Origin: Octopus bimaculoides
Taxonomy: Eukaryota
Direction: 5' to 3'
Length of the DNA: 32,046 nucleotides
Assembly: GCF_001194135.2 (NCBI RefSeq)
Contig: NC_068999.1
Coordinates: 4,574,149 to 4,606,194 of the forward strand
Each line of letters opens with the position of its first letter. Position 1 is the stretch's first letter. Made by a program: the position numbers and the translations under genes. This document shows positions 26,308 through 32,046 of this stretch, piece by piece. Below the pieces are notes generated by a model. It was given only the letters and a program-made list of their open reading frames with translations, did no database searches and was not told where the DNA came from.

Positions 26308-26379
26308 GCTCACGTATAATTCATTTCATATTGAGACAAAGAGAGAAAGAAATATTTCAAAAATCAATGCCGATTTTAC

Positions 26380-26562
26380 CTGAATTAAAGAAACTTTTGT
26401 AGAATGAATTCGTCTGGTGCTGAGGTTCTTAATCTCAGCATAAATAGGGATAGCTTCCTTTAAAGTGTACCCCTTCCGCTCTAGTTTCATAGAAGCTGTC
26501 ACAGTTCCTGCTATACAGCACCAAGAGCCAACAGCTTCGTATGTATCGTTCTCCACTGGCAA
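26380..26562 (-). CDS. Alpha-arrestin internal coding exon, start of arrestin-C domain
   Basis: Acceptor tattttttcAG (26564-26563) and donor GTaaaa (26379). 183 nt = 61 codons, phase 0/0. LPVENDTYEAVGSWCCIAGTVTASMKLERKGYTLKEAIPIYAEIKNLSTRRIHSTKVSLIQ matches the arrestin-C pattern CC..G.V......R.GY...E.I.I.AEI.N.S. Confidence 0.92.
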
Positions 26563-26637
26563 CTGAAAAAATACAACATACGCACATAATATATAATCCC
26601 TGACTGAAACAAAATGAAAGGTAGGTACTCAACGCTC

Positions 26638-26675
<38 letters not shown>

Positions 26676-26899
26676 GTCATCGTCGTCGTCATCATCATCA
26701 TCATCATCATCATCAGTATTATTTGATGAAAACTCACAGCTTATTATGCTGGTAAGATGGAAAGTGTCAGGTGCCCACAGCCAGCAGACTAAGGTGACAC
26801 TCGTTTACTGGTCATGCTTCAAGGACTCTGCAAGGAATTCTTGCAACTCCAAGCAATGCTGGCTTTTGTAGGTGTTCTACCTTTACACTTGCACCGATC

Positions 26900-26956
<57 letters not shown>

Positions 26957-26982
26957 GTCATTATTATTATTATTATTATTAC

Positions 26983-27095
26983 TAAGGTGGCGGGCTGGCA
27001 GAATCGTTAGCACGCCGGGCGAAATACTTAGCGGTATTTCGTCTGTCGCTACGTTCTGAGTTCAACTTCAGTCGTGGTCGACTTTTCTATATCCT
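26983..27095 (+). mobile_element. tRNA-type SINE, family 2, 3'-truncated
   Basis: A-box-like tggcagaatcgttag and B-box-like gagttcaact; 54/61 identical to the revcomp of 28183-28243; directly follows (ATT)n. Confidence 0.75.
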
Positions 27096-27143
27096 TGTGC
27101 AGCTGAAGATTGCTCTGGATTTTACATTTAATGTAATGCTCGC

Positions 27144-27213
27144 ATTACTTAAATAAATGGAGTGGCATGAAACGTGCGTACTGCAATAACCTTTAAGATC
27201 CGTGTTGCTTTAT
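27144..27213 (+). repeat. 70-bp inverted repeat, left copy
   Basis: 66/70 identical to the revcomp of 28631-28700; its inner end runs into (TA)n. Confidence 0.9.
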
Positions 27214-27569
27214 TTGATATATATATATATATATATATANNNNNNNNNNNNNNNNNNNNNNNNNNNNNNNNNNNNNNNNNNNNNNNNNNNNNNNNNNNNN
27301 NNNNNNNNNNNNNNNNNNNNNNNNNNNNNNNNNNNNNNNNNNNNNNNNNNNNNNNNNNNNNNNNNNNNNNNNNNNNNNNNNNNNNNNNNNNNNNNNNNNN
27401 NNNNNNNNNNNNNNNNNNNNNNNNNNNNNNNNNNNNNNNNNNNNNNNNNNNNNNNNNNNNNNNNNNNNNNNNNNNNNNNNNNNNNNNNNNNNNNNNNNNN
27501 NNNNNNNNNNNNNNNNNNNNNNNNNNNNNNNNNNNNNNNNNNNNNNNNNNNNNNNNNNNNNNNNNNNNN

Positions 27570-27602
<33 letters not shown>

Positions 27603-27963
27603 CGTGTGTGTGTGGCGGGGGGAGGGACAAGATACTGACGGCTGTATGGAACATCTGTTGTCAATATGAAAAGTAATAAAATATAAAATGTGATGGAAAC
27701 GTCTGGAATATGAGAAATAAAGGTGCATCTGGAAGACACCAGTTAATGGAATGTTCGAGCGAGAGAGGGAGAGCGAGAGGTGAGGGGAAAGGAAAGGGAG
27801 AGGGAGAGAGCACGGGAGAGAGCGGGAGGAAGTGAAAGAAAAAAGTATGGCGAACAGAGAGAGATAAAACCCAGAGAGGGGGTGGGTTGTACAGTGGAAT
27901 TATGGACTTGGTTGAGCAAAGGAGATTTTGAAGAGTGAAACAATGAACCTACAGGTGACTCCC

Positions 27964-28029
<66 letters not shown>

Positions 28030-28036
<7 letters not shown>

Positions 28037-28243
28037 TCACAAGGCCTGAAATTTGGGGGAAGGAACTAGTCGATTACATCGACCCCAGCACTTGACTGGT
28101 ACTTAATTTACCGATCGCGAAAGGATGAATGGCAAAGTCGACCTCGGCGGAATTTGAACTCAGAACATAAAAAATAAAGTTGGATGAAATATCGCTAAGC
28201 ATTTCGCCCGGCGTGCTAACGATTCTGCCAGCTCACCGTCTTA
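28030..28243 (-). mobile_element. tRNA-type SINE, family 2, near full length
   Basis: Minus strand: taagacggtgagctggcagaatcgttagcacg...ttctgagttcaaattccgccgaggtcgactttgcc...gtaccagtcaagtgctggggtcgatgtaatcgactagttcc...gccttgtg; AAT-type repeats on both sides. Confidence 0.8.
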
Positions 28244-28630
28244 ATAATGATGATGATGATGACAACGACGATGATGATGATGATGATGATGATGATGATA
28301 TATATATATATATGCAAGATGAAAATGGAGGAAGAAAAACAGGAAGAATCTGGTCGTATATACATATATACGACGGACTTCTTTATATATATATGTATAT
28401 GTACATTCTATCAGACATTAATTCAGGCTTATTCTCCTCCTACTACTCTCTGTTCAACGCTATACACATGTTCCCCAGATTTTTCTAGCCATATAAAGAC
28501 CTAACACATTCGATGTCGACCAAGGCCGCCATATTAACTAGAGTACTCATAGCATTTATACAAAGTAAATATCTCTCTTTGAGAGATTTAGAAATAATAA
28601 TATTTCTAGTACTTATATATATATATATAT

Positions 28631-28700
28631 ATAAAGCAACTCGGATTTTAAAGGTTATTGCAGTACGCACGTTTCATGCTACTCCATTTATTTAATTAAT
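28631..28700 (-). repeat. 70-bp inverted repeat, right copy
   Basis: Revcomp partner of 27144-27213 (4 mismatches). Confidence 0.9.
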
Positions 28701-28782
28701 ACTCCTCCACTCATCAAGACTCTACAAATAAAACTAAACGAAACAAATAGTTTATACTTTATGACGTAATATCTTTACTCAC

Positions 28783-29006
28783 AGCAGCGTCGGGTTCGGA
28801 GTTCAAATCTAGAGCACTTATCACAGCAAACTTGCTCTTCCTCTCATGGTGGGGCCCGTCTGGTGTATATATGGTCATCCTAGCAAAATAGCGTAAGCGG
28901 CCATGTTTACTTTTGAATGACGACGGCAATCGTTGTGGAAGGTTGAACTCAAACGGGAAATAGTAGGAACCGGGGTGGAGGAGGGCTTCGTCCACTTCCT
29001 TCTCTC
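28783..29006 (-). CDS. Alpha-arrestin internal coding exon, arrestin-N domain core
   Basis: Acceptor ttttaatttttcAG (29008-29007) and donor GTgagt (28782). 224 nt, phase 1 in (completes Gly with the previous exon), phase 0 out. EKEVDEALLHPGSYYFPFEFNLPQRLPSSFKSKHGRLRYFARMTIYTPDGPHHERKSKFAVISALDLNSEPDAA contains the hallmark L.PG.Y.FPF.F.LP..LPSSF...HG..RY and DLN motifs. Confidence 0.93.
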
Positions 29007-29689
29007 CTGAAAAATTAAAAAATAAAAAGCATTCGAATAACAAAATGGTTTTCGTGAAATATAAACAGTTGTTCTTGTTAGACCTTGGTTATTCTCTGGT
29101 CCAGCAGGATGTAGGATTAAAGGCATCCTAACCGTAGACCTTGAGTTTTATTTTTAAATAGTGTATTGAGCATTGCATTACTTAACGTATTATTGTTATT
29201 GTTTAACCTTCATAAAGTGAGGATCATTTGGTTGCTATTTCTGAAGGTCGAGTAACCTCACAGAGTCTGCTTAGTGTTTTGTGAGTGATGTTGCTTTTAT
29301 AGTTTGGGGCCAGGTCAACCCTAATCGGAGTAACGTATGATTAGAGACGTTCCAGACCTATGGCTAATCGTCAAAGCCATAGTGTATCTAGGACTACTTC
29401 ATCTTTTGTTGGTTGTGTTATTTAACCCCTTGTTAATTTCTAATGAAGTTCATCTATGTTCAAAGTCGTTTAACCCGTCGTCATTCCTTCATTTTTTTTC
29501 TCTGATGTATTAAGGATGACATCAACCAATATGTCACCCGTTTTCTTAAAGACAGTCAAATGGGATTTGAAAGACCTTTCATTTATATTCCAGGTCAAAC
29601 AATTATTCCACTGGCTCCATCTAGTAACACATTTCTGTCACAATTACCATTTGTCCCAATTTAAAATGTTACAAATTCAACAAGGCAGA

Positions 29690-29880
29690 AGTTGCGCCTG
29701 ACTGGACTCAGTGGTTGGGCACTTGTGGATTCGCACATGGTTGTTTGCTGGACAAGTTTGTATCACAACTACGTGACTGTGAGTTCAATCTCACAACAGA
29801 CCACCTTTGGTAAGTGCCGTTTTGCATAATCTAGAGTCAAGAAAAAAATGCCCTGAGTGAAATTTGGTAGACGGAACCAT
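29690..29880 (+). mobile_element. Degraded SINE family-1-related head
   Basis: gtgagttcaatc B-box-like; atttggtagacggaa (29862-29876) is identical to 19212-19226. Confidence 0.55.
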
Positions 29881-30342
29881 GGTGGGGGGGGGGAAGAATC
29901 GGAGAAATCGTTTCTCTTCATGAGTAGTAAACTTCATCCGTTGCCTGGTTTTAAAGACCATCACTTGGTCACGGGGTGCCTTTAACGAGGTCTACTGTGT
30001 TTGACTATTTGCTACAACCAACGAAATCTGTACCCCGAGTCGACTTTACTCTGATCTCGCGCATCCACGGTATCCATGCTTGCCGTAGGGCTCACCTATT
30101 AAACTGGGCATCTAAAACACACCTCGTTAGTGATCATGCAACCTGTTGACCGGAAGGACTTGCATCAGTCACTCCCTCCAGCGCCATCCATTTTCCAGTC
30201 AAGTTTAGGGTCTGAAGACATATTCGTTCCTTATTCCCACTAGACTGCGAGATCCTATAAAGGGTCACCAATGTTACCCTTTCTCCCACTTTTGATTGAT
30301 TCCTGCATAAAACAAAAAGTAGGGGACAATCGGTGCACTTAC

Positions 30343-30453
30343 CTTTCACAGGCAAAACTGTGGTGTAGTTGAAGACTTCTTCATCAGAAGCTTGAATATC
30401 ACTGGAAGTCATCCACTCCACTTTTGCTTCTCCAATCGCCTCTAGGCACACGG
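30343..30453 (-). CDS. Alpha-arrestin (ARRDC/TXNIP family) internal coding exon, arrestin-N domain
   Basis: Acceptor ...cgttttgccAG (30455-30454) and donor GTaagt (30342). 111 nt, phase 1 at both ends. Translates (A)VCLEAIGEAKVEWMTSSDIQASDEEVFNYTTVLPVK(G), matching the alpha-arrestin G.AKV.W strand. Confidence 0.85.
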
Positions 30454-30464
30454 CTGGCAAAACG

Positions 30465-30481
30465 ATAATAATAATAACAGC

Positions 30482-30552
<71 letters not shown>

Positions 30553-30575
30553 TAATAAAATAATAAAAATAATGA
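30465..30575. repeat. (AAT)n microsatellite abutting the arrestin exon acceptor
   Basis: Begins about 10 nt from the acceptor AG at 30454-30455. Confidence 0.95.
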
Positions 30576-31034
30576 TAATAAAAATGTTATTATGCTAATG
30601 GTGATGATGTTTGTTGATGAGGTGATGATAGTTTTGGATTTCAAAGAAAACACACTTGAGCATTAACAACAACAACAACAACAAAAACAAACAAGAGCGA
30701 TGACAACGACAACAATAAAAAAAAAAAAAGATTTGGTCGGATATTTTTAGTCCCAGTTTCTTTCTGGTTTCTAAATATATTGGTTCCACGGAATGTCGAA
30801 ATTGATTATGATGATGATGATGATGATGACTGTGGCGATGACGATGACGATGATGATTATGACGATGATGACTGTGGCGATGATGATGATGACGATGATG
30901 ACGATGACACGATGATGACAATGATGATGATGATGATAGAATCGTAAAAGTGTTGTCCTGACGTACGACTTGTCTTCGACGCTTAAACATGCGGAGTTCA
31001 TCGCTCTGCATGTCATTTTGTTTCGAAGCTGATG

Positions 31035-31072
31035 GAGAGAGAGAGAGAGAGAGAGGGAGAGAAAGAGAGAGA

Positions 31073-31106
<34 letters not shown>

Positions 31107-31483
31107 NNNNNNNNNNNNNNNNNNNNNNNNNNNNNNNNNNNNNNNNNNNNNNNNNNNNNNNNNNNNNNNNNNNNNNNNNNNNNNNNNNNNNNNNNNNNNN
31201 NNNNNNNNNNNNNNNNNNNNNNNNNNNNNNNNNNNNNNNNNNNNNNNNNNNNNNNNNNNNNNNNNNNNNNNNNNNNNNNNNNNNNNNNNNNNNNNNNNNN
31301 NNNNNNNNNNNNNNNNNNNNNNNNNNNNNNNNNNNNNNNNNNNNNNNNNNNNNNNNNNNNNNNNNNNNNNNNNNNNNNNNNNNNNNNNNNNNNNNNNNNN
31401 NNNNNNNNNNNNNNNNNNNNNNNNNNNNNNNNNNNNNNNNNNNNNNNNNNNNNNNNNNNNNNNNNNNNNNNNNNNNNNNNNNN

Positions 31484-31565
<82 letters not shown>

Positions 31566-31570
31566 GAAAG
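31035..31570. repeat. (AG)n microsatellite spanning an assembly gap
   Basis: AG runs on both sides of the N-run. Confidence 0.9.
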
Positions 31571-31822
31571 AGCGCATTGTATTATTGGGAAGCCTAGTTC
31601 TAACAGAAATTATTATATAAAGATGTCATTAAGCTCTTACTCTATGTGATAACTATATTTACGTTATACAGCGAAAACATAGAAGGACTGTGTTTACATT
31701 GTTTTAATTTCTTTCACAGGTAGGATTTCTTATATTTAAATATATATTCCAGTTCCTCGGATTCACATTGTTCTGAATTACACACACACACACGTATATA
31801 TATATATAAATATACATATATA

Positions 31823-31941
31823 TTACAAGGAGAGGGGTGACAGTGATTTCGAAGTTTCAGCCTGTTATCCTAAACGTCAAAGAGTCCAACGAAGGTTAAT
31901 AGGCCGAAACTTCGGAGTCACTGTCATCTACCTTCTTGTAA
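31823..31941. mobile_element. ~120-bp foldback MITE-like element
   Basis: Arms 31838-31867 and 31897-31926 are 26/30 inverted-identical; outer TTACAAG (31823-31829) / CTTGTAA (31935-31941); related copy at 20861-20901. Confidence 0.6.
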
Positions 31942-32046
31942 AATTATAACACATATGTACTCTACATATAGTTTATTCTTTTATTTATACAAATCTATCT
32001 ATCTTACATACATACATGCATACATATATATATATATATATATATA

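Noticed and set aside
30595-31011. ORF MQSDELRMFKRRRQ... as a possible first exon of the arrestin
   Set aside because: It has no similarity to arrestin N-termini, no suitable phase-1 donor, and runs into (CAT)n repeats. The first exon is probably beyond position 32046.

Overview
AT-rich, microsatellite-saturated animal genomic DNA from a gapped draft assembly; most N-runs start or end at dinucleotide repeats. The SINE families and repeat landscape resemble coleoid cephalopod (Octopus-like) DNA, which is inferred from recall and not a database hit. Nearly all six-frame ORFs are microsatellite or gap artefacts. The one supportable host gene is a minus-strand alpha-arrestin (ARRDC/TXNIP family). 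Four coding exons with GT-AG boundaries are visible: 30343-30453, 28783-29006, 26380-26562 and terminal 13762-14019. The first three join in frame. The first exon lies outside the window, and one expected internal arrestin-C exon could not be found. The C-terminal tail carries a PTAP motif but no PPxY. Mobile DNA includes two stacked R4/Dong-like retrotransposon 3' fragments in (TAA)n repeats, a mariner 3' end, a hAT/Charlie-like non-autonomous element, two tRNA-type SINE families, and several foldback/MITE-like hairpins and intronic inverted repeats that could form dsRNA in the arrestin pre-mRNA. I found no convincing wholly new system; the best leads are the unusual arrestin tail, the missing exon, the intronic inverted-repeat architecture and the microsatellite-nested retrotransposons.
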